Part shown: one piece after another, positions 41,092 to 51,604 of the stretch
Numbering within the stretch: position 1 is the first letter of the stretch
Layout of the letters: the number at the start of each line of letters is the position of its first letter
Made by a program: the position numbers and the translations under genes
Assembly (NCBI GenBank): GCA_963662275.1
Contig: OY759316.1
Location: forward strand, 3,488,001 to 3,552,000
DNA: 64,000 bases
Direction of reading: 5' to 3'
DNA from: Candidatus Cloacimonadales bacterium
GTDB lineage: Bacteria > Cloacimonadota > Cloacimonadia > Cloacimonadales > DAONDQ01
The notes under the pieces: generated by a model
The model's input: the letters and a program-made list of their open reading frames with translations, nothing else
Told to the model about the DNA's origin: nothing
The model's database searches: none

Positions 41092-43944
41092 ATGAGAAAT
41101 CTACTATTGAGAATGATTTTTATGACTATTCTGTTATTAGGAATTACCGCAATATCCGCAACAGTTATTACAATCGGGACAGGTACTTCGTATTCAAATC
41201 ACACTTTACCCTGGTGCAACTGGTATGGGTATATGCGCTGTGCTCAAATTTATAATGCAGCAGAAATTGGCGGAACCGGTACCATTACTACTTATGCAGT
41301 GAAGCCACAGGCAACTAATGCGACAGCAAACATTCCTATAAAAATCTATATGAAAATGACTACCGCAAGAGAACTGAGTAGTTCCGAATCCTATAATTCT
41401 CTTGCAACTGGGGCAACGCTTGTCTATACTGGTACAATTGCCAGCCTGACTGCCAGCACCTGGAACACGGTTACTTTAAACACATCCTTTAGTTATACAG
41501 GGAATAATCTGCTTGTAATAACTCAATCGAATGTTGGTGGGTCTGGTAATTATCCTTATGCTGCTTACTATTATTCGAATGCAGCAAATCAAAATTGGTA
41601 TAATGGTGTAGATTATACTCCCCCAACAGGAGGGGAAACAAATGATAATACCAACAGTAACCGTGTTAATATCCAGTTAGGAATAACCGGTTACTCTGTC
41701 TTTCCAGCAACAGATAGAACAATTGGAACTGGTACTGCATATGAAATGGGATATGAGCCCTGGGGCAGTTGGTATGGATATCAGCGTTGTGCTCAGATTT
41801 ATGCTTCTGCAGAAATTGGCGGAACCGGAATCATCACAAAGTATGCAGTGAAGCCACATGCAACTATATCTGCTGCATATATTCCGATCAAAATCTATAT
41901 GAAAATGACAACGGCAACAGAGCTTACCAGTTCCGAGACCTATAACGCACTGACAGCCGGGGCAACACTTGTTTATGACGGTACAATTGGCAGTTTGACT
42001 GCTGATATATGGAATCAAGTTATATTAGGCACATCCTTTAATTATACGGGGAATAACCTGCTTGTGATAACGGAATCAAATATTGGTGGATCTGGTATTT
42101 ATCCTTGGCCTACTTATTATTATACGACTGCTGCAAACAAAAATTGGTATTTTAAAGTGGATATGACTCCACCAACAGGGGGAGAAACAACAGGTACTGT
42201 AAATAGTGATCGTGTTAATATTCAATTGACCATGACAGGCTATACTGGATTTCCACCTGTTTTTAGTGTAGACCCCTCATCCATTTCATGGGGCAATGTG
42301 CTAGAGCATACGACCACATCTTATATTGATGTAACAGTAACCAATACAGGTTATAATACGTTGAACATCACAAGTGTTGGCTTGGGTGGAACTGACTCTG
42401 CGCGGTTCATTCTGGACATGAATTCCAACCCCACTCCCTGGGCATTAGCTGCAGGTGCATTTAAAACAGTGAAAGTAGCTTTCAACCCTCTTGCAGTTAC
42501 CGGTTATTCTGCCTATTTGCATTTTTGGGGGGATACGAAAGTCGTTCACGATATTCCTTTAACTGGAACAGGGATTCCTCCGGTTATCACTACTTTCCCG
42601 TATTTGGAAGGTTTCGAAGGAGCTTTCCCAGCGGATGGTTGGGCTAATACCGCACTTGTGGGTACTTTTGCCTGGGATCAGATGTCAGTGGGAATCGACC
42701 CAGTCTGTTCTCCTCATACAGGCTCATATATGGTACGTTACAATTCATATTCTGCTTCTAACGGCAGTATCGCGACTTTAGCAACACCTTCCATTACATT
42801 GCCTGGAGATAATTACGAGGTGTCTTTCTGGTTGTATCGGGATGGAGTAGCATATTCTGCCAATGCCGACGAAGTAGAGGTTTATTATAATACGGTTCAA
42901 AGCTTGGACGGTGCATCTATACTTGGAGTAGTCCACCGGACAATCGTCATGGACCCTGTCGTTTCTGCTGGTGGCTGGTACAGATACAGATTTGACTTCC
43001 CTAGTGGTTCTACAGGACCTAATAACTATATTATTCTTACAGGAGTAAGCGGATTTGGAAATAGTTTATTCCTGGATGATTTCGTAATACAAGAACAAAC
43101 CGTGATCACGTATTACCCATATATTCAGTCTTTTGATAGCGCAATTTTCCCACCTCCTGGCTGGGTAACTGTTAAAACTGACGGAACTGGTACTCCCGGA
43201 ACCTGGGATCGCCAGACTACTGGTGCAAATCCTAGCTGTTCTATATTCAATGGTGCTGGAATGGTTCGTTTTAACAGTTATGCTTATGCAGCCGGTACTA
43301 AAGGAATCTTAGCATCACCTCCACTCACATTAACAGCAAACGATTACCAAGTCGATTTCTGGTATTATCGTGATTCCATTGATTATTCTGATTTGCCAGA
43401 TTTGGTAAATGTTTATTTCAATACATCGCAAGATTTAAGCGGAACGCCTATCCTGCTGGGCACAGTACATCGTTCTGCTCTTTTATCTCCAGTTGTTGCA
43501 ACTGATGGCTGGTACCATTATACGTTTAATTTTCCAGGTTCTTCTGCTGGAGTTGGGAAATATGTCATTTTTGAAGGAGTCAGCGCATGGGGCAATAACA
43601 TATTCCTAGATCACATAACGATTCAAAAGCAACCAGCGACCCTCGAAGCACCGGCATACTTAATCGCTATTCGTGATGGTGAAAGTATTCAATTGAATTG
43701 GGCTGAAGTTTCAGGAGCAACCTCGTACAGAATCTACACATCCATTGATCCGTATGCTTCAGATTGGGGTTTACCTTTCGATGAAGTCTACTTTGGAACG
43801 TCGTATGTGGATGCACTATCCGCTCCCGGCATGTTCTACAAAGTAACAGCAGTTAATGGCAGTAAAAGAGAAAGCAACTTTAAACATCCTCTTCCTGCTC
43901 AGGAACCTGCAAATATCAGACATCGAAAGACAACATTAAAATGA
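41092..43944 (+). CDS. Secreted multi-domain surface protein (two ~180-aa repeats, Ig-like domain, two adhesin-like beta-sandwich repeats)
   Basis: Signal peptide, RBS GAGGAG; duplicated TIGTGT..PW..WYGY.RCAQIY..AEIGGTG; duplicated YPY...F....FP..GW...GN..FLD. Confidence 0.78.
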   Translation: MRNLLLRMIFMTILLLGITAISATVITIGTGTSYSNHTLPWCNWYGYMRCAQIYNAAEIGGTGTITTYAVKPQATNATANIPIKIYMKMTTARELSSSESYNSLATGATLVYTGTIASLTASTWNTVTLNTSFSYTGNNLLVITQSNVGGSGNYPYAAYYYSNAANQNWYNGVDYTPPTGGETNDNTNSNRVNIQLGITGYSVFPATDRTIGTGTAYEMGYEPWGSWYGYQRCAQIYASAEIGGTGIITKYAVKPHATISAAYIPIKIYMKMTTATELTSSETYNALTAGATLVYDGTIGSLTADIWNQVILGTSFNYTGNNLLVITESNIGGSGIYPWPTYYYTTAANKNWYFKVDMTPPTGGETTGTVNSDRVNIQLTMTGYTGFPPVFSVDPSSISWGNVLEHTTTSYIDVTVTNTGYNTLNITSVGLGGTDSARFILDMNSNPTPWALAAGAFKTVKVAFNPLAVTGYSAYLHFWGDTKVVHDIPLTGTGIPPVITTFPYLEGFEGAFPADGWANTALVGTFAWDQMSVGIDPVCSPHTGSYMVRYNSYSASNGSIATLATPSITLPGDNYEVSFWLYRDGVAYSANADEVEVYYNTVQSLDGASILGVVHRTIVMDPVVSAGGWYRYRFDFPSGSTGPNNYIILTGVSGFGNSLFLDDFVIQEQTVITYYPYIQSFDSAIFPPPGWVTVKTDGTGTPGTWDRQTTGANPSCSIFNGAGMVRFNSYAYAAGTKGILASPPLTLTANDYQVDFWYYRDSIDYSDLPDLVNVYFNTSQDLSGTPILLGTVHRSALLSPVVATDGWYHYTFNFPGSSAGVGKYVIFEGVSAWGNNIFLDHITIQKQPATLEAPAYLIAIRDGESIQLNWAEVSGATSYRIYTSIDPYASDWGLPFDEVYFGTSYVDALSAPGMFYKVTAVNGSKRESNFKHPLPAQEPANIRHRKTTLK

Positions 43945-43972
43945 CGTCTTAAAAAACAAATCAACTAATAAT

Positions 43973-43999
43973 AGGGCGGACTTAAAAGTCTGCCCTTTT
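43973..43999 (+). terminator. Intrinsic terminator
   Basis: AGGGCGGACT-TAAA-AGTCTGCCCT followed by T-run. Confidence 0.7.
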
Positions 44000-44095
44000 A
44001 ATTTCCTTTGATATTTTTATTGCCCCTCTAACTTCAATTGATTTTGTTTGACAGAATCTTGAAGTATCATATAGATATAATTTACAAGGTATAAT

Positions 44096-44704
44096 ATGAA
44101 AAAATTCATCAAGAAATCAGTTCTTTTGGCAGCAACAATGAGCATGTTAGCATTGGGTGCATGTAACCTTTTTGCCCCGCGAAAAGCTGAAAATCCTGAA
44201 ACGCCTACACCTTGGAATACTTTTTTTATCAATTCAACTCTGACAGTACAAAATCTAGTCTATAGTTATAATTATCAGCAAAATGCTTTGAAATTTGGTG
44301 ATATTTTAAGTACACATTTCACTTTTCACTTTGCTATCCAGGATGTGAAGGATTTTGGCACACTCAGTTATTGGAATGCCGATAATGAAAAGGAAATGTT
44401 GGTGAACTTGCATAAAAATCTCTCAAGTAAAAATGTTCAAATGATCCTTGAGCTTACTCCGCTCGCTGGACAACCTGATCAAATAGCTGCAGCTAATGCA
44501 TGGATTTATCGCAGTTATGAAATTCATATTATTGGGCAAACAAAAGATATCTCCATCTATAAAGGACGATGTGCATTGTTCTTAGAATCTGATAATGGCT
44601 TCTGGAAAATCAGGGATTGGTATGATTATCGTACTGAAACAGAGGATATACCTGATCCATCATGGGGACAACTAAAATATTACCAGGATAACTTGGATGT
44701 ATAA
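44096..44704 (+). CDS. Hypothetical lipoprotein
   Basis: Lipobox LGAC after a basic/hydrophobic leader. Confidence 0.75.
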   Translation: MKKFIKKSVLLAATMSMLALGACNLFAPRKAENPETPTPWNTFFINSTLTVQNLVYSYNYQQNALKFGDILSTHFTFHFAIQDVKDFGTLSYWNADNEKEMLVNLHKNLSSKNVQMILELTPLAGQPDQIAAANAWIYRSYEIHIIGQTKDISIYKGRCALFLESDNGFWKIRDWYDYRTETEDIPDPSWGQLKYYQDNLDV

Positions 44705-45302
44705 GTATTTCATTCTAGTAACTTCAATTGTTGTAATCCTTCTTATGGGGTGTCAGAATATTTTTAGTCCAAAAACTCGTACTGATACAAGATCTGATGC
44801 ATATCCAAATACTTCTCCTGAACTTGTTCTTAAGAATCTTGAGATGGCTTATCGCCAAAAAGATATCGAATTATATAAGAAATGCCTGGATTCTGAGTCC
44901 TTTCGCTTTGAACTGATTTCCTCAGAAGTTGCTGAAATCAATGTCGGCGTAGATATTGATCATGACGGAATCACGGATAGTTGGTGGGGATACCAGAAAG
45001 AGATAGAATATAACACACATCTGTTTAAAGATGGTTCCACTGACCAGCAATACCCCTCACCGGATCAGATCTATCTGAATTTGAACATTCCACCACAGGA
45101 ACAATGGGAACTGGATAACCAAATCGGACATGAGGGTTGGGTTATCATCGAATGTCTGTTTGATTTAAGTTTATCTTTCAGATCGACTAACAGTGCATTA
45201 AATGCCAATGGCTCAGCTAGCTTTTATTTAAAGCCAATACTGGATACACATGGTATAAAACACTGGTTCATTTCCATCTGGCGTGATGAGTCGAATATCT
45301 GA
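44697..45302 (+). CDS. Hypothetical lipoprotein (distant paralog of upstream gene)
   Basis: Lipobox LMGC; 8-bp overlap with upstream gene. Confidence 0.75.
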   Translation: MYKYFILVTSIVVILLMGCQNIFSPKTRTDTRSDAYPNTSPELVLKNLEMAYRQKDIELYKKCLDSESFRFELISSEVAEINVGVDIDHDGITDSWWGYQKEIEYNTHLFKDGSTDQQYPSPDQIYLNLNIPPQEQWELDNQIGHEGWVIIECLFDLSLSFRSTNSALNANGSASFYLKPILDTHGIKHWFISIWRDESNI

Positions 45303-45304
45303 TT

Positions 45305-45718
45305 ATGCAGCGTATTTTAGCTATTGATTACGGCACAAAACATATTGGTCTCGCTTTGACTGATCCCTTACAAATCATTGCTAAACCATATCAAACCATT
45401 CAGTTTCAATCTAATGCTTTGCTCATAAAATCAATATTACAGGTTATTAGTGAGCAAGATGTTGGTCTGGTGATTCTTGGTTTACCTTGGGGATCGGAAG
45501 GACAAGAAACAAAAAAAACACTTGAAGTAAAAAAGTTCGGTACATACTTGGAAATGCAGTTACCTGTGCCGATGGAATTTTGGGATGAACGTTTCAGCAC
45601 AGCAGAAGCAAATTCTGAATTAAAAAAAATGGGATATGATTTCATGAAAGCCAGGGAATTCGTAGACGCTGTTGCTGCCTCTCTGATTCTCAGATCATAT
45701 TTGGAAAATAGGAAATAA
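45305..45718 (+). CDS. ruvX: Holliday junction resolvase-like / pre-16S nuclease RuvX (YqgF)
   Basis: ILAIDYGTKHIGLALTD, ILGLP, WDERFST, VDAVAASLIL. Confidence 0.92.
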   Translation: MQRILAIDYGTKHIGLALTDPLQIIAKPYQTIQFQSNALLIKSILQVISEQDVGLVILGLPWGSEGQETKKTLEVKKFGTYLEMQLPVPMEFWDERFSTAEANSELKKMGYDFMKAREFVDAVAASLILRSYLENRK

Positions 45719-45721
45719 CAT

Positions 45722-46795
45722 ATGAATTCATGGTTTCAAAGACTTGCCTTAAATTTAGGCTTTCTATACAAAGTTTTTCAAAAATTGAATCAACAAAGGC
45801 GAACTCTAATTATCATAGGGGTTCTAGTTTTTTTCATCATCGGCTATCAAGTATTTTCGATTCTTATACCAGCCCATGCAAGCGAGACTATTGTTACCAT
45901 TAAAAGTGGTGAAACAGCTACACAGATTGGAGAATATCTGGCTGAAAAGGGAATTATCAGGAGTGCTTTCTGGTTTAAGGTGTTAGCCCGAATCACACAT
46001 AGTGATCGGTATTTGAAACCTGGTAAATTTGTATTCGGTGGTTATACTAACTTATTTCAAACATTAGAAAAGATTCGAAGCGGAAAAAGTCTGACGTTAA
46101 CGATTACGATTCCTGAAGGATTATCAACTTATAAGACTTTTCAAATATTAGCTCGCAGTGGAATTGCCACCTTTGCAGAATTTGAAAAACTTAATTCAGA
46201 TTCCATATTTATTCGAACTCAAACAGGGCAATCATACACATCATTAGAAGGTTTTCTTTATCCTGAAACCTATAAATTCTCTTCCACGGTTACCGCAGAT
46301 TCAGTACTAGCAGAAATGGTAGAGGAATTCAAACATAAAACTGAATCAATTTTTGCCGAAAGTACACTGCAAAGCTCACAATCAATGTATCAAACTCTTA
46401 TTCTGGCTTCTATCGTAGAAAATGAAGCTGTTGTTCAAAATGAAAAACCTTTGATCGCAAGTGTTTATCTGAATCGTTTGCAGAAAAGCATGAAACTTGA
46501 ATCATGCCCAACCGTTGGCTATCTATTGGAAAAGCAAGGTATTCACAGGGAATATTTACTCTACAAAGACTTGGAAATTCCATCTCCTTATAATACATAT
46601 ATTAATCCTGGACTTCCTCCCACACCTATTTGCAGCCCTACAGACTCTTCCATTAAAGCAATATTGAACCCAGCCCGAACAAGTTATCTCTTCTTTTTTG
46701 CAGATAGAAAAGGGAATAATATCTTCTCCAATTCTTATGCAGAGCATTTACAGAAGCAGAAGCAGTTCAAACAATTACAGCGAATCAGAAACTAA
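45722..46795 (+). CDS. mltG: Endolytic transglycosylase MltG
   Basis: N-terminal TM, TIPEG, LEGFLYPETY, LASIVENEA, SPYNTY..PGLPPTPI. Confidence 0.92.
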   Translation: MNSWFQRLALNLGFLYKVFQKLNQQRRTLIIIGVLVFFIIGYQVFSILIPAHASETIVTIKSGETATQIGEYLAEKGIIRSAFWFKVLARITHSDRYLKPGKFVFGGYTNLFQTLEKIRSGKSLTLTITIPEGLSTYKTFQILARSGIATFAEFEKLNSDSIFIRTQTGQSYTSLEGFLYPETYKFSSTVTADSVLAEMVEEFKHKTESIFAESTLQSSQSMYQTLILASIVENEAVVQNEKPLIASVYLNRLQKSMKLESCPTVGYLLEKQGIHREYLLYKDLEIPSPYNTYINPGLPPTPICSPTDSSIKAILNPARTSYLFFFADRKGNNIFSNSYAEHLQKQKQFKQLQRIRN

Positions 46796-46896
46796 GATTG
46801 TCTTCTATTAGAAATTAATCATTGACAATGAATATCACAATCGAGATTTTATAATCATTATTTTAGAACTTATATGCAAGAACATAAGGAGGAAAT

Positions 46897-47466
46897 ATGA
46901 AAATACTCAAAGTTAGTTTATTAGTATTTGCTATTGTATCCATTCTCTTTGTCATGGGTTGCGGTGGTGCACAACAAACCTCAAAAAGCAATTTCAAGGG
47001 TCCAAATAAGGTTTATTATCCCGACTGGTGGCAAACACAACCAAATCCTGAGTTTATCTGCACTTATGGCATGTCTACAAAAGTAAGTGAAAACATGTCT
47101 CGTGATGCAGCCTATTCTGATGCTATGTTACAAGCAGCACAATATGTTGAAGCAGCCGTACAGGGCATGGTAAAAAATTATGAAGAGGAAGCCGGTGTCA
47201 AAGATCCGCAAGTCCTGGCACTGACTAGCAAAGTTGTGAAAGTTGTATCGAACACCAAGTTCACGAAAGCTCAAGTGACAAAGCAGGAAACAATCATTAC
47301 TGAAGATAATCGCTACAAGACTTTTATCCAGGTAAGTATCCCCAAAAACACAATCGATAAGGAATTAGTGAACAATATTCGAAATGAAGAAGCGTTATAT
47401 AATCAGTTCAAAGCTTCTCAAGCTTTTGAAGAATTGGACAAACAGGTCGAGAAAGATAACAAATAA
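46897..47466 (+). CDS. Lipoprotein (LPP20-like)
   Basis: Lipobox VMGC; PDWW; C-terminal FKASQAFEELDK; RBS AAGGAGG. Confidence 0.72.
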   Translation: MKILKVSLLVFAIVSILFVMGCGGAQQTSKSNFKGPNKVYYPDWWQTQPNPEFICTYGMSTKVSENMSRDAAYSDAMLQAAQYVEAAVQGMVKNYEEEAGVKDPQVLALTSKVVKVVSNTKFTKAQVTKQETIITEDNRYKTFIQVSIPKNTIDKELVNNIRNEEALYNQFKASQAFEELDKQVEKDNK

Positions 47467-47483
47467 GTCAAAGTTCTTTTTTG

Positions 47484-47511
47484 AAAACGGCACCATTTGG
47501 TGCCGTTTTTT
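47484..47511. terminator. Bidirectional intrinsic terminator
   Basis: AAAACGGCACCA-TT-TGGTGCCGTTTTTT between convergent genes. Confidence 0.75.
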
Positions 47512-47520
47512 ATTGAAAAA

Positions 47521-47641
47521 GTAGGGATAGACCCATGTGTCTATCCATTTAAAAAGCTATTGATATCGAGAGGATAGACACGTGGGTCTATCCCTACATC
47601 AGGACAAATCTGTATCCAGCAGGAACAGCGTCCTGCTCTAC
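47521..47641. repeat. REP doublet (47521-47597) plus a further REP type (47618-47641)
   Basis: GTAGGGATAGACCCATGTGTCTATCC...GGATAGACACGTGGGTCTATCCCTAC; AGCAGGAACAGCGTCCTGCTCTAC. Confidence 0.72.
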
Positions 47642-47644
47642 GTT

Positions 47645-50600
47645 CTAAAAATCTTCCCCAAGTGAAAAGTAGTAAACAGGTTTGGAATTAGTAATAAAAT
47701 CTGTTTTCCAGGCAACATCCCATTTCAATACAAAATAGCCTAAATTCATCCTCGGACCGAATCCAAATCCCATAACCAAATCGCGCAATCGTCCGTTTAC
47801 TATACCTCTAAAATCCTTATTATCATCCCAAACTGACCCCATATCGACAAACATACTTCCCCGTATTTGATTCAAGACAATGGGAACAGGAAAAGCCATA
47901 TTCAAATAATCTATCAAAGGAAAACGCATCTCAGCGCTTGTAAGAAACTTCTTACTTCCTTCTTTCTCAATATCATAACCCCTAACTCCTGTGAAACCAT
48001 TCAGATCAAAGTTCTCAGGGTTATTCCCTGTGCTGATACCAGCAATCAGACGTCCTGCAAGAGCATAACGCTTAGCAAAGAGCTGATAGGCACGTAAATC
48101 CGTATAATTTGTAATAAAGTCATTATCTTTTTCTGAGAGACTTTTCTGTACCTGGTAAAATCCTCTCCAGCCCAGTACAGGACCGGTTGGTCCATATTGA
48201 GTATTGTCCCATACAGCAGACACTGCGGGTGCATAAATTAAATCCTTCTCCAAGAAAGATGGTATGTTATGCCACGTAACATCTCCTATTTCGTCTACTT
48301 CCCCATAATCCCATGAAGACTGATGTTGATAAAGATAATGTTCAAAATCAAATCTCAGGAATTTGTTTATCGGATATCTTGTCAGAAAATATACACCGAT
48401 CTGATCGATTGGATTTCTCAAATAACTAACTGCATCAATCTCATAAATGGTTTCATCACGATATTTGAAAATACCGATTCCATAATCAATTCGATAGGGA
48501 AGATATAGGTAAGTAATTACAAAATTGGTATCCCTTAACTTTCCAGTAACACCCAATTGTATGCTCATTGCATTATTACCCATTAGATCACTCATGCTTA
48601 AGATCAATTGTCCAATCGTACCAGCAGATGTGGAATATGCAGCTCCTCCCCACAATTGATCTACGAAGAACTTCAGCTTATAATCCATGATCTTAGGTAC
48701 TAATATGGAATCAGGCATAATATCAATTTTTAAGTTATTGCTTTTCGCTGTGCTATCATTATATACTGCATTTCCAAAATTCATGACATAGCTGTTAGGA
48801 TGAGAAGGTTGGAAAAACTCTTTTTGAAACTTCCTTTCTCTTTTCCCAAAATATGCATATCTATCCATGTGGAATCTTGTTAAAAAGTCATTATCTAAGG
48901 TAACCGGTATTGGCATATGATATGATTTCCAGGAAAGATTCAGTAAAGGATTCTGCTTTGTGTACAGATCCCACCCATTATCAAAGAAACTTGCATAGAC
49001 CAGAGTCTCGTTATTTTTATCTAGATCGCCGGTTAATGTACCACTGAGTATTTGAGTTACCGGAGCTTTTTGCCCGGAATTGATATCAATGGCAAAGAAA
49101 TTGGATATACCATTGTCTTGCGAAACATAGATGATTTGAGTACCTGAACTATCCCACATAGGTGCATTGGCATCCAGGGAATCATCTGTAACTTGGTAGA
49201 ATTGACTATTATTCAAGTCAATATAATAGATTTCACTAACCAATCCTGAGAAAAGTCCCTTACGATAGTATTCATTCTTCAATGATCTTTCTGAAACAAA
49301 TGCAATCTTGGAACCATCTGGGGAAAATCTGGGTTGTTTATCATCGTATTGATCAGATGTTAAACTTTTAACTTCCCTGGATTGAATATCAAACACATAC
49401 AAATCAGTTTGAAATCCCTTTTGTCCACTAATAGCTATTGTCTTTCCATCTGGAGAAATATCGATTTCATAGATGACACTGATTCCAGGTACCTGGATGG
49501 TATCCAAGATTTTACCGTTATCTGACCGGACGATATATATCTTATCACCATTTACAGTTTTTGAGACAAAGGCAAAACGTAAAGAATCAGGAAACCAAGC
49601 TATATTGTTTCGCTGATAATGAAATTCTTCAAACTTCCCGGTTGCTTCACCGGTTATTAACTTCTTTTTCGTCTTTTCTCCAGTCAGATTCTTTCGCCAA
49701 ATATTAAAGCGCAAATCCCGATTTGAAAAATATAATACAAACTGACCATTCGGAGAAATACGCGGCATTTCATTGAAGTATGAACCGTCCGCTTTATGAT
49801 CTGTGATTCTTTCAGAGCCTTCGTAAGGAATTTGATAATTACTGATATAAGGATAATAATCACGTTTCAATTCATTTTTCCAACGTAATCCCAGTTCCTT
49901 GAATTTCATACCGAATATCTTTTCTGTTGTCTTATCAAGATTATTAGTAGCCCGTATAGAATAGAAGAACTCCATGACTTTCTGCTTACCGTATTTCTTT
50001 CTCAGGAAAGCCAGAAACGACTCACCTTCTCTATAAGCATAATAACCATCAACATTATCTAATGATTCCAGGTAGTCATTCATGATCATATCCAACACAA
50101 ACATGTTATTATAAACATCCGTACCACCAATTGCTTCATATTCAGGCATACCCTCAGCAAACCAGAACGGAAAGGAAAAATTTCCTACATTGAAAAAACG
50201 ATTCGAAGCATAACCTGAGTCCAAAGCATTGATATATGCATGAGTCAGTTCATGTGTAAGAACTTCCTCCAACTTCTTGTAACTACCATCGAATGGAATA
50301 ACAACTCTATTTTGAAGTGATTCTGTAAAACCACCTACTCCTTCGCTGAGAAGTGGATAAATTACATTTGTAGTCTGAAACTGAGCATGGGTTTCATAAA
50401 AAATGATGGGAAATCTGATGACTAGGGGAGATTTGAAATCATCTTTCAAATAATAATAAGCATCTTCAGCCATTAATACCGCATTCTTACCAAACTCATC
50501 CATTCCTTTCGGGTAATAGATATCAAAATGCATTGACTGGATGACAGACCACTCTTCTTTTACAGGTTGAACCTTGTTCTGACCATAATAATAAGCAGAT

Positions 50601-50647
50601 AGGAAAACAGAAGACAATAGGAGTATAACACTGAAGAAATATTTCAT
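47645..50647 (-). CDS. Omp85/BamA-superfamily outer membrane protein with N-terminal zincin-like domain and PD40/TolB-like propeller
   Basis: HELTH..WFAEGMPEY; ISPNG/ISPDG/FSPDG repeats; GVRGY, E.RFPL, C-terminal YFSLGEDF. Confidence 0.82.
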   Translation of the reverse strand: MKYFFSVILLLSSVFLSAYYYGQNKVQPVKEEWSVIQSMHFDIYYPKGMDEFGKNAVLMAEDAYYYLKDDFKSPLVIRFPIIFYETHAQFQTTNVIYPLLSEGVGGFTESLQNRVVIPFDGSYKKLEEVLTHELTHAYINALDSGYASNRFFNVGNFSFPFWFAEGMPEYEAIGGTDVYNNMFVLDMIMNDYLESLDNVDGYYAYREGESFLAFLRKKYGKQKVMEFFYSIRATNNLDKTTEKIFGMKFKELGLRWKNELKRDYYPYISNYQIPYEGSERITDHKADGSYFNEMPRISPNGQFVLYFSNRDLRFNIWRKNLTGEKTKKKLITGEATGKFEEFHYQRNNIAWFPDSLRFAFVSKTVNGDKIYIVRSDNGKILDTIQVPGISVIYEIDISPDGKTIAISGQKGFQTDLYVFDIQSREVKSLTSDQYDDKQPRFSPDGSKIAFVSERSLKNEYYRKGLFSGLVSEIYYIDLNNSQFYQVTDDSLDANAPMWDSSGTQIIYVSQDNGISNFFAIDINSGQKAPVTQILSGTLTGDLDKNNETLVYASFFDNGWDLYTKQNPLLNLSWKSYHMPIPVTLDNDFLTRFHMDRYAYFGKRERKFQKEFFQPSHPNSYVMNFGNAVYNDSTAKSNNLKIDIMPDSILVPKIMDYKLKFFVDQLWGGAAYSTSAGTIGQLILSMSDLMGNNAMSIQLGVTGKLRDTNFVITYLYLPYRIDYGIGIFKYRDETIYEIDAVSYLRNPIDQIGVYFLTRYPINKFLRFDFEHYLYQHQSSWDYGEVDEIGDVTWHNIPSFLEKDLIYAPAVSAVWDNTQYGPTGPVLGWRGFYQVQKSLSEKDNDFITNYTDLRAYQLFAKRYALAGRLIAGISTGNNPENFDLNGFTGVRGYDIEKEGSKKFLTSAEMRFPLIDYLNMAFPVPIVLNQIRGSMFVDMGSVWDDNKDFRGIVNGRLRDLVMGFGFGPRMNLGYFVLKWDVAWKTDFITNSKPVYYFSLGEDF

Positions 50648-50656
50648 AATCACCTG

Positions 50657-51565
50657 CTAAAACACTTTTACTTTAAAGTAACGGGAAGGGTGCGCTTTCA
50701 CATCCTGGAGCAATGAATCAACTTGCTGGGTCGTTTTTAGCAGAGCTTTGTAGAATTCTTTATCATTCATCAAGCGTTGCACTGAACCGTCACCAGTATT
50801 TAATCTATCACTGATCTGGGCAAAATTAGTCGTGATTTTTTCAAGAGAACTTAAATTCTTGTTCATCTTATCAAGTACTTCAGGTGCCAAAGAAAGAGAT
50901 TTATTAATGGAAGTCTTATTTTGATCAATCAAGGTTGATAATTCCCTGCTTGTCTTGAGTAAATTCTGCATGACAATTGTCACATTCTCTGAATTCTTGA
51001 GAATGACATCATTAGCGTTTGCAACTACTTTCTCAGAGCTAGACACAGTGGATTCTATATTGGAAAATAAGCCATTTTGTTTGGAAAATCTTGATACCAG
51101 ATCATCCATGATAACTATTGTCTCATTGAGATTACTAACCAGATCCATTAATCCAGAACTGTCATCTCCAGCTTGAATTTGAGCCAGATTAATCAGTTTC
51201 ATTCCTGTACCAGGCATGATCTCTAATTGCCTCTTCCCCATTAGATCACCTTCGCGAACAGTGTAATGAGTACCTTCTCTCAGCGGTTGTTTTAATTTCA
51301 CTAATGCTACGACTAATACATGATCTTCTTCTACTTCCAGAGATTTCACACGTCCCTTTTCCACTCCCCGAATGGTTACAGCATCTCCGGGTTGTAGGTC
51401 ATTAGCATCAGAAAAGCTGATCTTTAATTGGGAATACTGTTTATATGAAAAATAATCCTTGAGCCATGAATAACCCAAAGCAACAGATAGTAGCGCAATT
51501 ACGGCTATAATTCCCACTTTGATTTCGTAATTTTTTTTGTGTGGATAAAACTGTTCCATGATCAT
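50657..51565 (-). CDS. MlaD/MCE-family protein
   Basis: N-terminal TM; F.DANDLQPGDAVTIRGV.KGRV; DLMGK..LEI.PG; helical tail ending DVKAHPSRY. Confidence 0.85.
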   Translation of the reverse strand: MIMEQFYPHKKNYEIKVGIIAVIALLSVALGYSWLKDYFSYKQYSQLKISFSDANDLQPGDAVTIRGVEKGRVKSLEVEEDHVLVVALVKLKQPLREGTHYTVREGDLMGKRQLEIMPGTGMKLINLAQIQAGDDSSGLMDLVSNLNETIVIMDDLVSRFSKQNGLFSNIESTVSSSEKVVANANDVILKNSENVTIVMQNLLKTSRELSTLIDQNKTSINKSLSLAPEVLDKMNKNLSSLEKITTNFAQISDRLNTGDGSVQRLMNDKEFYKALLKTTQQVDSLLQDVKAHPSRYFKVKVF

Positions 51566-51604
51566 CCTATTATACTTAGATTATGAAGATACTGATTCGC
51601 CTAC

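Noticed and set aside
44048..44081. TTGACA and TATAAT separated by 22 bp (also 46822-46855) as a non-canonical promoter spacing
   Set aside because: Only two cases in AT-rich DNA; other promoters in the window (27684-27712, 6929-6957) fit 17 bp
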